From the NCBI GenBank assembly GCA_049303795.1, contig JBAQNM010000008.1, positions 18,288 through 82,287 on the forward strand: a DNA stretch of 64,000 bases. The letters are read 5' to 3'. Below, piece after piece: positions 47,041 through 57,544 of this stretch (position 1 is the stretch's first letter; each line of letters starts with the position of its first letter). The notes beneath the pieces are model-generated. The model had not been told where the DNA came from and ran no database searches. It saw only the letters and a list, made by a program, of their open reading frames with translations. Both the position numbers and the translations under genes were made by a program. This DNA comes from Candidatus Moraniibacteriota bacterium. Its GTDB lineage: Bacteria > Patescibacteriota > Minisyncoccia > Moranbacterales > UBA2206.

Positions 47041-48843
47041 TTATTTCAAATATTGTTTTCTGAGTTCCCGAGAATCTCCGTGTTCAATAAATCGATCTTC
47101 AATGCCAATCAATTTTATTTTAGTTTTAATATTTTTCTTTGCTAATTCTTCTAAAATGGCACTACCAAATCCCCCCGCCTTAACATTTTCCTCCAAAATA
47201 ATCGCTTCGTCAGCAAGCTTAATAGCACTAATTAATTTCTGATCAAGTGGCTTTATAAAACGTGCATTATAAACCGCGCAGTCTGGACTTTTTTTGGCCA
47301 TTCGCAAAGCTTTTTCTATTTGATTGCCGAGAGAAATAATCACCTTTTTCTTACCTTTCTTAATTAGCTCAGCTTTCCCCAAAACAATCGGCATTAAATC
47401 CGAATTCATCAATTCATTTTCTGCACTTCCTCGCGGGTAGCGGATAGCCACTGGCCTCTTTAATTCAAAAGCGAATTTAAGCATCATGGCCAATTCAATA
47501 CCATCACGCGGCGCCATCAAAACTAAATTAGGGATGAAGCGTAAAAAACTAATATCAAAAACGCCATGATGAGTTGGCCCATCTTCGCCAACAATACCGG
47601 CGCGATCAATGGCGAAAACTACTGGTAAATTTTGCAAACAAACATCTTGAATAATTTGATCCAATGCTCGTTGCAAGAAAGTTGAATAAACCGCCACAAC
47701 GGGCAAAAATCCATTTCTAGCCATACCGGCTGCAAAAGTCACTGCGTGATCTTCGCAAATTCCTACATCAAAAAATTGCTCGGGCAAAGTATTTGCCAAC
47801 ATATTTAGTCCCGTCCCACTGGGCATCGCCGCTGTAATCCCAATTATTTTGGGATTTTTTTTCGCTAATTCCAAAACTGTCTCGCCAAAAATATCAGTAA
47901 ATGATTTGGTCTGGGCTTTTTTTTGACTGTCACCATTTTCCAAAATAAATGGCGACACTCCATGGAATTTTTCCGCTCGCTCCTCCGCCGGAAAATAACC
48001 CATACCTTTTATTGTCCTAGCATGAATCAAAACCGGTCCAGGATAATTCTCAGCTCTCTTCAGAGCCTTCGTCATTTCTGAAATTGAATGACCATCAATC
48101 GGGCCAATATAATGAACACCTAATTTTTCAAAAAGTAATCCTGGTGTTCCAACCTGCTTAAAAGCTTTCTTTAGTTTGCTAATATTTTTCAAGTAAGCAG
48201 TATTATCAGAAGAACAACTTGCAATTAAACGATCGATATTCTTCTTCACTTCCTGATATGTTTTAGTTTTTTCAATGCGCTTGGTATAAAGCGAAAGCGC
48301 ACCTACATTTTCAGCAATTGACATGCGATTATCATTCATAATGATAATCATTTTAGTTTGCAAGTAACCAATTTGATTGATTGCTGAAAGCGCCAATCCT
48401 CCTGTAAAAGATCCGTCTCCAATCACTGCCACTACCCGATTTTTTCTCCCTAACTTTTGATTTGTTTCGGCAATTCCCATTGCCATGGAAATAGAAGTGC
48501 TGGCATGTCCTGTTTTGAAAAGATCATATTTACTTTCAGCTGGATCAGGAAAACCGCTTAATCCACCTTTTTTTCGCAGTGTTTTAAAAAACTTCTTACG
48601 CCCGGTCAAAATTTTATGCACATAACTCTGGTGGCCAACATCCCAAATCAAAGAATCCTTGGGACAATCCAAGAATTTATGCAGAGCGATAGTAAGTTCC
48701 ACCACACCTAAATTAGACGCTAGATGTCCCCCGCTTTCCGAAACTTTTTCTAGCAAAAATTGGCGAATATCTTTCGCTAAAATAATCAACTGCTTTGGTG
48801 AAAGTTTTTTCAAATCAGTAGGAAAATCGACTTTTTCTAACAT
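47041..48843 (-). CDS. dxs: 1-deoxy-D-xylulose-5-phosphate synthase (transketolase-like)
   Basis: GGHLASNLGVVELTIALH, DVGHQSYVHKILTGR, TPP motif GDGSFTGGLALSAINQ; 600 aa. Confidence 0.8.
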   Translation of the reverse strand: MLEKVDFPTDLKKLSPKQLIILAKDIRQFLLEKVSESGGHLASNLGVVELTIALHKFLDCPKDSLIWDVGHQSYVHKILTGRKKFFKTLRKKGGLSGFPDPAESKYDLFKTGHASTSISMAMGIAETNQKLGRKNRVVAVIGDGSFTGGLALSAINQIGYLQTKMIIIMNDNRMSIAENVGALSLYTKRIEKTKTYQEVKKNIDRLIASCSSDNTAYLKNISKLKKAFKQVGTPGLLFEKLGVHYIGPIDGHSISEMTKALKRAENYPGPVLIHARTIKGMGYFPAEERAEKFHGVSPFILENGDSQKKAQTKSFTDIFGETVLELAKKNPKIIGITAAMPSGTGLNMLANTLPEQFFDVGICEDHAVTFAAGMARNGFLPVVAVYSTFLQRALDQIIQDVCLQNLPVVFAIDRAGIVGEDGPTHHGVFDISFLRFIPNLVLMAPRDGIELAMMLKFAFELKRPVAIRYPRGSAENELMNSDLMPIVLGKAELIKKGKKKVIISLGNQIEKALRMAKKSPDCAVYNARFIKPLDQKLISAIKLADEAIILEENVKAGGFGSAILEELAKKNIKTKIKLIGIEDRFIEHGDSRELRKQYLK

Positions 48844-48869
48844 AATATTTTTAGTAACAATTGCAATAA

Positions 48870-49187
48870 CTATTTCGGAGATTTTTTGAAAGCATTAAAA
48901 CTATTGGCAAATGCTTCGGCAATTCTTCTTGAAGTATATGTATCCCCCAAATCCGTATCCACCTCCACTTTGGATATATCCTCTTTTGTTAATTCATTCT
49001 TCTTCAAAAGCTCATCAAAAAACGGCAACAGTTTTTGAGAAATATTTTCTTCCTGATTAAATTCAATCTCGTCAATCAGTTTTTCTTGATCTTTTAAAAT
49101 TAACCGAATAACTTTATTTTTTATTTCAATGATGATTTGCATAACTATGTGAGATTTGCACGTTTGTTTATTAAAACTTTCAAGCAC
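48870..49187 (-). CDS. Hypothetical protein
   Basis: 105-aa ORF. Confidence 0.3.
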   Translation of the reverse strand: MLESFNKQTCKSHIVMQIIIEIKNKVIRLILKDQEKLIDEIEFNQEENISQKLLPFFDELLKKNELTKEDISKVEVDTDLGDTYTSRRIAEAFANSFNAFKKSPK

Positions 49188-49211
49188 TAAATGTGCAAAA
49201 TTTACTATTAT

Positions 49212-50039
49212 TTATTTTTTAACTTTATCCCAATTAAAATTCCAAGGATCATCTTTTCGTCCCGGTGCAATCTGATTGTGTCCTAGAATATTGTTAATTT
49301 TATATTCGCCTTTCAAGCTCTTGATCAATTTATTCAAACTGTCATATTGATCTTGTGTCAATTTTTCAGTTTTAGTTGTCATCATTTCAATACCCAGAGA
49401 AAAGCCATTCACGCCCGTTCGCGAGTCTGGCATCTTACTCTCTCCTGCATGATAGGCGATGTCATAATCCCTGACAAGTCTATAGATTTGACCTTTTCGA
49501 TCAATCAAGTAATGCGGAGCAACGCCATAAGATTTATATTCAGCGATGAGGCCACTCACACTATACGGATCATCTCCAATCGCATCATATGAAGAATGAA
49601 TAATGATTGTATCAATTTTTCGGCCTGAACTTTTTTGAAAACCCCAGTTGACTAATTTATCTGTAATTTTTAAGGTTGAACTTTTCACCTCTTGAATTTC
49701 TTCCTTCACAACGTCCGGAATGTTTTTCTTTTCTTCATCATCAATATTGACTTGCTCTAGTGCAATCTTTCCGTCTTCTTTTTTATCCATTTCTATGGCG
49801 GGCTTTTCTGGTTGCACCTGCACAGCATCTTCCTCCTCAACATCCTTTTCAATCATTTCTGCTATTGGGCTATCGATAGAAGCTTCCTGCAAATCCAATT
49901 CCACTTTTCCATCAATGTTCTGTACTTTTTTATAATACAAAAAGCTACCCGCAATAATGAGAATAGATAGGCTTAAAATGGCAATTATTTTAACCGATTT
50001 TTTCCTTAGCATAGATCTATCATAACAATTTTTGAGCAT
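49212..50039 (-). CDS. N-acetylmuramoyl-L-alanine amidase (amidase_2/PGRP domain), membrane-anchored
   Basis: TM anchor, acidic linker, C-terminal IIIHSSYD...YHAGES amidase_2-like blocks. Confidence 0.55.
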   Translation of the reverse strand: MLKNCYDRSMLRKKSVKIIAILSLSILIIAGSFLYYKKVQNIDGKVELDLQEASIDSPIAEMIEKDVEEEDAVQVQPEKPAIEMDKKEDGKIALEQVNIDDEEKKNIPDVVKEEIQEVKSSTLKITDKLVNWGFQKSSGRKIDTIIIHSSYDAIGDDPYSVSGLIAEYKSYGVAPHYLIDRKGQIYRLVRDYDIAYHAGESKMPDSRTGVNGFSLGIEMMTTKTEKLTQDQYDSLNKLIKSLKGEYKINNILGHNQIAPGRKDDPWNFNWDKVKK

Positions 50040-50437
50040 ATTGACAACATTTTGTTTAACTATTATATTTGAAGTAGTTAATTTTATATCATTCTGAGCG
50101 AAGTAAAGAATCTACCTGTATTAAATACCAATCATTCTTCATTACGCTTAGGATGATAGTAAAATTACAAAAAAATGTTCTTTGAACTAAAAATAAAGTT
50201 GCTTAATTTTAGTAACTTTTAAAAAATCACATATTTTTCGTTGACCGTGCCCGCGCTTTTTATTTCGGGCTAAACCTAAACCTCGATCCTTCGTGATCGG
50301 AAACCCTTTAACGGAAAAGGCTAAAGCGTTACAGAGTGAAAAATCCACCGAATGTTCGGTGGTGTCGACGCAATGATCATCGCGTCGAATGAAAAACATT
50401 TTCATTCATTTTCATCAATTTTTTTGGAGGTGCCGCC

Positions 50438-50572
50438 ATGATGAGTAAACATTCCCCGTTACACGAAGAAGATCTGCACGAAGACCTGATTGAAAAAGCC
50501 GTGAAAAGACTGCATGCGCATACCGTCGAAGACGTCGCCGTTACCGGCCGACAGGACCTGGGAATCGTTTAA
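50438..50572 (+). CDS. GC-rich small ORF (44 aa, His/acidic-rich) with strong RBS and terminator
   Basis: GGAGG 7 nt before ATG; MMSKHSPLHEEDLHEDLIEKAVKRLHAHTVEDVAVTGRQDLGIV; followed by terminator at 50608-50650. Confidence 0.35.
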   Translation: MMSKHSPLHEEDLHEDLIEKAVKRLHAHTVEDVAVTGRQDLGIV

Positions 50573-50607
50573 CGGAAATAATGTGAATCCCGGTTTACTG
50601 AAGGGTA

Positions 50608-50650
50608 GACCCGCCCCCGTTGCACAAGTGCCGCGGGGGTAAATTTTTTT
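50608..50650 (+). terminator. Rho-independent terminator
   Basis: cccccg...cggggg stem followed by T7 tract. Confidence 0.55.
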
Positions 50651-50762
50651 AATGTGTCCGTTTAAGTATTTAAAAAAAATAATAGTCAACTATTTTCCTC
50701 TTTTTGAAAATCTGTGCTAAACTTAACTCTGTTGTTAAATAAATAATTTATAAAAAAATAAA

Positions 50763-51116
50763 ATGCAAAACATCCAAGACCTGTTCGACACGCTTCAAGT
50801 TACAAAAAAGGAGCAAAAAGAAATCAAAAAAGAATACCGTGATACGCTAACAAATGCCAATGGATACACGGAAGTGGAAGAGGAGTTGAAAAAATTGAAA
50901 GAAAAAAAGAAACAAATTGAAGCCACAACTCAAAGCCGTATGGGTGAACGCTATGTGCTTTTGGAAAATCTTAAAGCTAAAGTGGAAGAAATCGATCAAG
51001 CCATCACCGATATCGCTATGTCCACTCTGATGGAAGGGAAAAGTATTGAAATCAAAGATCAATATGATAATCTCTACGAACCAATCTATAAAATCAGTTT
51101 CAAAAAAGCTTCTTAA
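50763..51116 (+). CDS. Hypothetical coiled-coil protein
   Basis: 117 aa, Lys/Glu-rich heptads. Confidence 0.35.
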   Translation: MQNIQDLFDTLQVTKKEQKEIKKEYRDTLTNANGYTEVEEELKKLKEKKKQIEATTQSRMGERYVLLENLKAKVEEIDQAITDIAMSTLMEGKSIEIKDQYDNLYEPIYKISFKKAS

Positions 51117-51244
51117 TTATTAAAAGCTAACAAAAAAAAGTAACGGGAATATGTCACAAACATATTCCTTTTTTGTTTGACAGAAAGCCTTTTTTAGACT
51201 AAAATTCTAAACTGAATATAAGTTGATAATTTAAATTTAAATTT

Positions 51245-52321
51245 ATGAAAAAAATTCTAATTCCCGCTGCGCTGATTATTATCGTTATTGTTTTTTTGGT
51301 TTATAGCAAAAAAAACCCACAGGAAACAATCTCAACTGATTCTGGCAAAAAATCAAGTCCAATTGCCATCAAAACAATCGCAGATAGCGCTACATTAAAG
51401 GAAAATTTGGTTTTACCAGGTATCGTATCTGGAATAAATGAAGCGACTATTACTGCTAAGTCGGGAGGCTCAATCACTGCACTTAACTTTGATCTAGGCA
51501 GAACAGTTGCCAGCGGACAATTGCTTGCCAAGATAGATGACACGGGAAATAATCTTGAAACAGGCAAAAATGACTTGCAAAGCGCCAACGTCCAACAATT
51601 GGAAAAAGCAAGATCTCTAGCCAAGAAATCTCTCGAATTGGCAGAAAAAAATTACAAGAAAGACACTAATATCGCTAACCGCACAGCTCGCGATATTGCC
51701 AAATTACAACTTCAAAATGCGGAAATAGCATTACAATCAGCTCTGGATAATCATCTGATTACCGCACCAATTTCCGGAAAAATAATTGCCAAAAATGTTT
51801 CACTTGGTGATAGCGTCGCGCCAGGGCAAACATTGGCAATCATCAGCAAATCAGACCAAGTGAAAATCCAGTTTTTCGTCGATCAAGCTCAATATCCTTA
51901 TTTTTCAATCGGAATGTTTTTGGATCTAACTGATAATAATCAAAACATTTTTAAGGCTAAGGTCTCAAATATTTCTCCACAAGCTGACAATGCCACTAAA
52001 AAATTCCTAATCGAAGCAATTCCTACCGAAAAAAATAGTCTGTTAAGCGGAACAGTTGTTGATGTGTCATTAGTAATTGAAAAACACACTAGCGAAAATA
52101 ACAACATTTTCATTCCTCTTTCCGCGATTACTATCGGTCAAAATGAAAACTACCTATTCATCGTAGAAGATGGTAAGGCTAAAAAAACTACAACTTCAAT
52201 CAAAAATATTTTCGGAGAAATAGGCGAAATAAATCTCAATTTGCCAAAAGAAACTCAAATCATAGTCAGTGGAAATAAATCACTCCAGAACGGAGATGCC
52301 ATAGAAATTAAGAACGACTAA
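51245..52321 (+). CDS. Efflux RND transporter periplasmic adaptor subunit (HlyD/MFP family)
   Basis: N-terminal TM anchor, biotinyl/lipoyl-like hairpin, coiled-coil, beta-barrel; directly upstream of the RND permease. Confidence 0.7.
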   Translation: MKKILIPAALIIIVIVFLVYSKKNPQETISTDSGKKSSPIAIKTIADSATLKENLVLPGIVSGINEATITAKSGGSITALNFDLGRTVASGQLLAKIDDTGNNLETGKNDLQSANVQQLEKARSLAKKSLELAEKNYKKDTNIANRTARDIAKLQLQNAEIALQSALDNHLITAPISGKIIAKNVSLGDSVAPGQTLAIISKSDQVKIQFFVDQAQYPYFSIGMFLDLTDNNQNIFKAKVSNISPQADNATKKFLIEAIPTEKNSLLSGTVVDVSLVIEKHTSENNNIFIPLSAITIGQNENYLFIVEDGKAKKTTTSIKNIFGEIGEINLNLPKETQIIVSGNKSLQNGDAIEIKND

Positions 52322-52350
52322 ACACCTTTTTTACTTTTTTATAAAAAATC

Positions 52351-55300
52351 ATGGAAAACCAAAAAGAAGAACTTAAATCATCAGATCATCGCTACTTGGA
52401 ACAATTAGAATTTGATCCAAATCTAAGAAAAACTTGGCTCAATTTTTTTGTGGTAAATTTCCGCGTTGTCATCTTGCTAATTATTCTACTCACCGGCTGG
52501 GGTATCTATTCCTATCAACGACTACCTCTTGAATCCAATCCGGAAGTCAAAATCCCTTTTGCGCTAATTGCCACATTCTATCCTGGCGCTGCGCCAACTG
52601 ACGTGGAAGAATTGGTGACTAAAAAAATTGAAACCGCCATTTCCGGCGTCAAAGGAATTAAAAAAATTACTTCTAGTTCAACAAATTCGTTGTCCGCTAT
52701 TTCAGTTGAATTTGAAACAAGTGAAAATCAAGATGACGCCATCAGACGCTTACGCGATAAATTAACTTCAATTAAAGATTTGCCTACTGATGCCAATGAG
52801 CCAGAATTAAGTGAAATCTCCTTTGATGATCGACCAATTCTCTCTTTTTCCCTGACTGGACCTTATGATGGATTCACTTTGCGTAACTATGCTGATGAAA
52901 TCAAAGACGATTTAGAAAAATTAGCAGACGTTCGCGAAGTTAAAATTTCCGGTGGAGATGAAAAAGAATTTTCCATCAGTTATGATCCGCAAAAATTATC
53001 CGCTTACAATCTTTCCGCTAACACTGTTAATCAAATTATTTCTGTTTCAAACAATGCTATTCCCGGAGGAAATTTTGAAGGACAAGAATTCAACTATCCT
53101 ATCCGCGTCGATAATCGTTTTTTTGATGCCGAGAAATTAAAAAATATTCCTATTTTTCATGGCGAAAATGGCTCAATCGTCTATCTTAAAGATATTGCCG
53201 AAGTAGAAGAAAAAACCATCAAACGCACAAATTATTCACGTTTTTCCATCGAAGGTTCTCAGCCCCAATCCTCTGTCAATCTTGATATTATTAAAAAAAC
53301 TGGTGGTTCTATCATTGATACTGCCGATATGTCCAAACAAATAGTCGACGCGAAAATAAAAACATTTGCTCCCGGCGTGAAATATAGCACCACCACTGAT
53401 TTTTCTAAGATTATTCAAAAAGATTTTGATCAGCTAACTCACGACTTCCTAATTACACTTGTTTTGGTTTTTGGTGTATTATTTTTAATTGTCGGTTTCA
53501 AAGAAGCCATCGTAGCCGGACTGGCAATCCCGTTGGTTTTTTTCGCCACTTTTGGCGTGATGAATATGACTGGAATTACACTCAATTTTCTTTCAATTTT
53601 CTCTCTTATTCTAGCTTTAGGACTCTTAGTTGATGATGCGATTGTTGTTGTCAGCGCAACAAAACAATATCTAAAAACAGGAAAATTCACTCCGGAGGAA
53701 GCAGTTCTTTTGGTGTTAAAAGATTTTAAGGTTGTATTAACCTCAACCACACTTGCCACCACCTGGGCTTTTCTGCCACTTCTTTTCGCATCCGGAATTA
53801 TCGGATCTTTTATTAAATCTATTCCCATCACAGTTTCTGTCACACTGATTGCTTCGCTCATTATTGCACTAATAATCAATCATCCTCTGGCAGCAGTGTT
53901 GGAAAGAATTCGCCTTACGAGAAAATCTTTTTGGATTTATCTCAGTCTCCTTTCAGCCCTTACTATTTTTATTTTCTGGCAAAAAAATATTTATACCTTC
54001 GTTATTGGAGTAATTTTAATTTTTATTCTTTTCTTGCTCACAAAATGGTATAAGCTGGAAGGCAAGAAAAAATTAGAAAAAAATGAGCTACTTACAGAGT
54101 TAGAATGGAGTAGTGATGAGGCCATCAAAGAAAAACTGCGTTGCCAAGGCAGGTGTAAAGATGAAGATTTCTTAAGTAAACTGATTCATGGCATTATTCA
54201 TTTTGATAAAGTTATTCCGCTTTATGAAAAATATCTGCGCCTATTTATTTCCACTAAAAAAAGACGTCTAACTTTATTATTCGCAACCCTAGTTCTTTTT
54301 ATTTTCGCTGTTTCTCTGCCAGCACTTGGTATCGTGCCAACTGAATTTTTTCCCGCTTCTGATAGCGACAACATCTATATTAATCTTGAAGCACCAATTG
54401 GACTGAAAGTGGAAGAAACTGATAAGCTCATCACACAAGTAGAAGTAAAGCTTTTGAAATATCCGGAGGTTAGCAATTTTTCCACTGTAGTTGGAAAACC
54501 GGGAACATCCTCGGATGGATTATCTGATGGAGCTTCAAGCACGGTTTCACATCTAGCCGGTATTACCATTACTCTTGTTGATAAAAAAGATCGAAACATT
54601 GCATCCTATGACCTATCAAAAAAAATCCGTATGGATTTAGGCAATATAGAAGGCGCTGTAATTAGTGTTGAAACTCCAAGTGGTGGCCCACCTTCCGGTT
54701 CATCCTTTGAAGCGCGACTTATCGGCGATGATCTTCAAGTATTAGATAAAATTGCATCAGACCTTCGTCCCAAGCTAGAAAGCATCACGGGAGTCATTAA
54801 TGTTGACACCTCGCTCAAATCAGCTCCAGCCGAATACACATTCATGCTTAATCCTGCCAAAATGGAACTTTATGACCTCAATACTGCCCTAGTTGGTTCC
54901 ACAATCCGCATGGCTATTTCCGGCACAGAAATTAGCACTGTGATAAAAAACAACGAGGAAATAAAAGTTAATGCCAGATTTCTAGAAGAAAAACTACCAG
55001 ATCTCACCGCTATTCAAAATTTACAAATAACCAACTTGAAAGGTCGGCCGGTTTTCCTTAAAGATGTGGCCAGAATAGAATTGAAGCCTTCTGTTGGAAC
55101 CATAACTCATATTGACCAAAAAAAAGCCGTCTTGCTTAGCGCCGGAGTGGAAGGAAAAACAAGACCAAATGAAGTTGTTTCTAGTTTTCAAAAAAAGGTT
55201 GCCTCTGAATATGTAATGCCCGATGGTTATTCCATTGTCTATGGAGGCGAAAATGAACAAAACGCCGAATCTGTTGCTTCCATTATTCGCGCTATGGTAA

Positions 55301-55761
55301 TTGCGATGGTTCTTATTCTCTCCACTCTAATTATTCAATTCAATTCCTTCAAACAGTCTATTATTGTCCTCGTAACACTTCCCCTTGCCCTTATTGGAGT
55401 ATTTATTGGTATGGCATTTTTTCAAATCACATTGAGCTTTCCAGGACTAATTGGAATTCTGGCCCTATTTGGTATTGTGGTTAAAAACGCCATTATACTC
55501 ATCGACAAAATCAATCTTAATATCAAAAGCAAGATTCCTTTTTTCGAATCAGTTATTGATGCAGGAAAATCAAGAATTGAAGCCATTTTCATCACTTCCA
55601 TTTGCACCATCTTTGGCATTGTTCCAATCACACTTTCCAATGAAACTTGGCGCGCCCTTGGAAGCACAGTCATCTTCGGACTCCTTCTTTCTTCCTTTCT
55701 TACTCTCTTTGTTGTCCCTGCCCTCTATCTCACTTTCGTAAAAGAAAAAGAGCATTTCTAG
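52351..55761 (+). CDS. RND efflux transporter permease (AcrB/AcrD/AcrF family)
   Basis: 1136 aa, two 6-TM bundles with large periplasmic loops. Confidence 0.85.
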   Translation: MENQKEELKSSDHRYLEQLEFDPNLRKTWLNFFVVNFRVVILLIILLTGWGIYSYQRLPLESNPEVKIPFALIATFYPGAAPTDVEELVTKKIETAISGVKGIKKITSSSTNSLSAISVEFETSENQDDAIRRLRDKLTSIKDLPTDANEPELSEISFDDRPILSFSLTGPYDGFTLRNYADEIKDDLEKLADVREVKISGGDEKEFSISYDPQKLSAYNLSANTVNQIISVSNNAIPGGNFEGQEFNYPIRVDNRFFDAEKLKNIPIFHGENGSIVYLKDIAEVEEKTIKRTNYSRFSIEGSQPQSSVNLDIIKKTGGSIIDTADMSKQIVDAKIKTFAPGVKYSTTTDFSKIIQKDFDQLTHDFLITLVLVFGVLFLIVGFKEAIVAGLAIPLVFFATFGVMNMTGITLNFLSIFSLILALGLLVDDAIVVVSATKQYLKTGKFTPEEAVLLVLKDFKVVLTSTTLATTWAFLPLLFASGIIGSFIKSIPITVSVTLIASLIIALIINHPLAAVLERIRLTRKSFWIYLSLLSALTIFIFWQKNIYTFVIGVILIFILFLLTKWYKLEGKKKLEKNELLTELEWSSDEAIKEKLRCQGRCKDEDFLSKLIHGIIHFDKVIPLYEKYLRLFISTKKRRLTLLFATLVLFIFAVSLPALGIVPTEFFPASDSDNIYINLEAPIGLKVEETDKLITQVEVKLLKYPEVSNFSTVVGKPGTSSDGLSDGASSTVSHLAGITITLVDKKDRNIASYDLSKKIRMDLGNIEGAVISVETPSGGPPSGSSFEARLIGDDLQVLDKIASDLRPKLESITGVINVDTSLKSAPAEYTFMLNPAKMELYDLNTALVGSTIRMAISGTEISTVIKNNEEIKVNARFLEEKLPDLTAIQNLQITNLKGRPVFLKDVARIELKPSVGTITHIDQKKAVLLSAGVEGKTRPNEVVSSFQKKVASEYVMPDGYSIVYGGENEQNAESVASIIRAMVIAMVLILSTLIIQFNSFKQSIIVLVTLPLALIGVFIGMAFFQITLSFPGLIGILALFGIVVKNAIILIDKINLNIKSKIPFFESVIDAGKSRIEAIFITSICTIFGIVPITLSNETWRALGSTVIFGLLLSSFLTLFVVPALYLTFVKEKEHF

Positions 55762-55782
55762 AAAACAACATAAAATATACTC

Positions 55783-55818
55783 AAAAAAAATTCTCATTAA
55801 TGAGAATTTTTTTTATTG
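55783..55818. terminator. Bidirectional palindromic terminator
   Basis: aaaaaaaattctcattaatgagaatttttttt between convergent genes. Confidence 0.6.
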
Positions 55819-55834
55819 ATACATAGAAAGTTTT

Positions 55835-56260
55835 CTATACTTCATCTCCTGATACGATCTTGATACCATTTTTTCTCAACAAGTCAGTAGTTATGCCATA
55901 GCCCGAAATTATCTTTCCAGAAAATGTTCCGTCATAAATTTGTCCACATCCGCAAGATGGGCTTTTTTGCTTTAATATCGCTTCCTTCACATTGAAAAGC
56001 TTAGCTATTTTTAAAACTTCCTTCGCTCCTTTTTGAAACTCTTTCGTTACATCTTTTCCATCATTAGTGACAACCCTACCATCTTTAAGTTCATAAGGCC
56101 CCCTAGGAATCGGTAAACCACCGAGCTGTTCTGGACAAACAGGGATTAGCACTTCTTTCTCTAAGAGCTCTAAAACTTTTTTATTCGGTTTTGCTTCTCC
56201 ATTGTAACGGCAATTTATTCCCAGCAGACAAGCACTACATAGTTTCATGTTATTGTTCAT
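55835..56260 (-). CDS. DUF523-family protein
   Basis: CSACLLGINCRYNG Cys motif characteristic of DUF523. Confidence 0.55.
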   Translation of the reverse strand: MNNNMKLCSACLLGINCRYNGEAKPNKKVLELLEKEVLIPVCPEQLGGLPIPRGPYELKDGRVVTNDGKDVTKEFQKGAKEVLKIAKLFNVKEAILKQKSPSCGCGQIYDGTFSGKIISGYGITTDLLRKNGIKIVSGDEV

Positions 56261-56492
56261 GATGATATAAATACTTTCTCATGTTACCACCCCTTAATAA
56301 ATATTTCAATAAAATAAAAAAACAGAGGCTAATAGAAAAATTAGGTAGGCGGGTATCATGCGGTGGCTATTACGCTAGGATGTCAATCTAGCGATACAAG
56401 TTCGATTCTTCCTACTAACTCACAAAAAAAGCCCAGACTCTTTGAATTTGAGTTAGGGCTTAAGATTAAGTGTATTCTTTTTGGTTAAATTG

Positions 56493-57347
56493 CTATTTAA
56501 CTCTATTGCAAATCTCCGCATATTTCTCTTTCCAATTTTCTGGATCAAGAAGTATATAGTACTCATGATTACCCGATTTAAACCCAGGAAGATCAAAACA
56601 ATCTATGTATCCACTTTCCCATTCTTCTTTTTTAGGATCCTTAAAATAAACCATTTTATCATACTCTTTATCAATTGAAACTACTTGTGAGGTAAGCAAT
56701 TCTATTTTTTTGTGTTCTCTTCTTGTTCCTTCTGCCAACATAGAACCGTAAATTTTATGAATAAGATCCGGATCAGAAAAGAGACTCCTACCACAAACTT
56801 CTCTAACAGTTTTTTCCACTTTTCGCACAATACTAAAATCCATATCCATTGAGTCTTCCTCCTCTCCATAGTGCAAAAAAAGGCGTTCTGAAAAAAGGTG
56901 ACTTACAAGAGAAAGATTTTCGCATCCCCAAAGCTCACCAATTCCTTTCTCGAAAAGATTCAGTAAATCTTTTATGTCACCTGAAAATAATATAAAAAAG
57001 GGGCCTATTGGGAGTAAGTTTTCATATTGTTTATAAAATAGACTTATTTTTTTCGAATCAATTATACAATTAACAAGGATTTCTTTTGCTTCTTGCCTTT
57101 TGTCGCCAGCTAAAAGCAAAATTGCATTTGCATTTCCTTCATCAAGTAACTGTTCCACTGCGCCAATTTTTATAGCGCCATTGTACTTACGAAAATAGCC
57201 ATTAAGCACGAGAAGAATTTTTATCCTCTCTGCCAATTCACATTCCATATCAAATCCGTGATCCGGATTTTCGCATCTGTGGTTGTAAACCACATCCACA
57301 CACAGCTCTAAATGTTTCAGTAATTTTTTCATACTCGCCTCCTTCAT
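56493..57347 (-). CDS. Hypothetical protein
   Basis: 284-aa ORF. Confidence 0.35.
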   Translation of the reverse strand: MKEASMKKLLKHLELCVDVVYNHRCENPDHGFDMECELAERIKILLVLNGYFRKYNGAIKIGAVEQLLDEGNANAILLLAGDKRQEAKEILVNCIIDSKKISLFYKQYENLLPIGPFFILFSGDIKDLLNLFEKGIGELWGCENLSLVSHLFSERLFLHYGEEEDSMDMDFSIVRKVEKTVREVCGRSLFSDPDLIHKIYGSMLAEGTRREHKKIELLTSQVVSIDKEYDKMVYFKDPKKEEWESGYIDCFDLPGFKSGNHEYYILLDPENWKEKYAEICNRVK

Positions 57348-57544
57348 AAATATACTTATTGTTAAGGTACAGGGGGAAACCTAATTAGCGTAGCCTACTT
57401 AAGTTTCAAAAAAATATAACATCATCAATATCCATAGTCAATATTTCAAGACAAAATTTTTGAATATATTAACTAATTAAGCGTTTATTGACTTATATAA
57501 GCCACAATGCTAAACTGTATTTAGTATTATAATTTACGACAAAT

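Noticed and set aside
50187-50689. Minus-strand ORFs (72 aa and 76 aa) across the GC-rich cassette
   Set aside because: No RBS and AT-rich starts. The plus-strand reading has a canonical SD, hairpins in leader position and a terminator.
56335-56420. tRNA-like T-loop motif (acaaGTTCGATTCttcc) in the intergenic region after DUF523
   Set aside because: I could not build acceptor, D or anticodon stems around it. The T-stem does not pair (acaag versus cttcc). Probably a fragment or chance match; a tRNAscan run would settle it.
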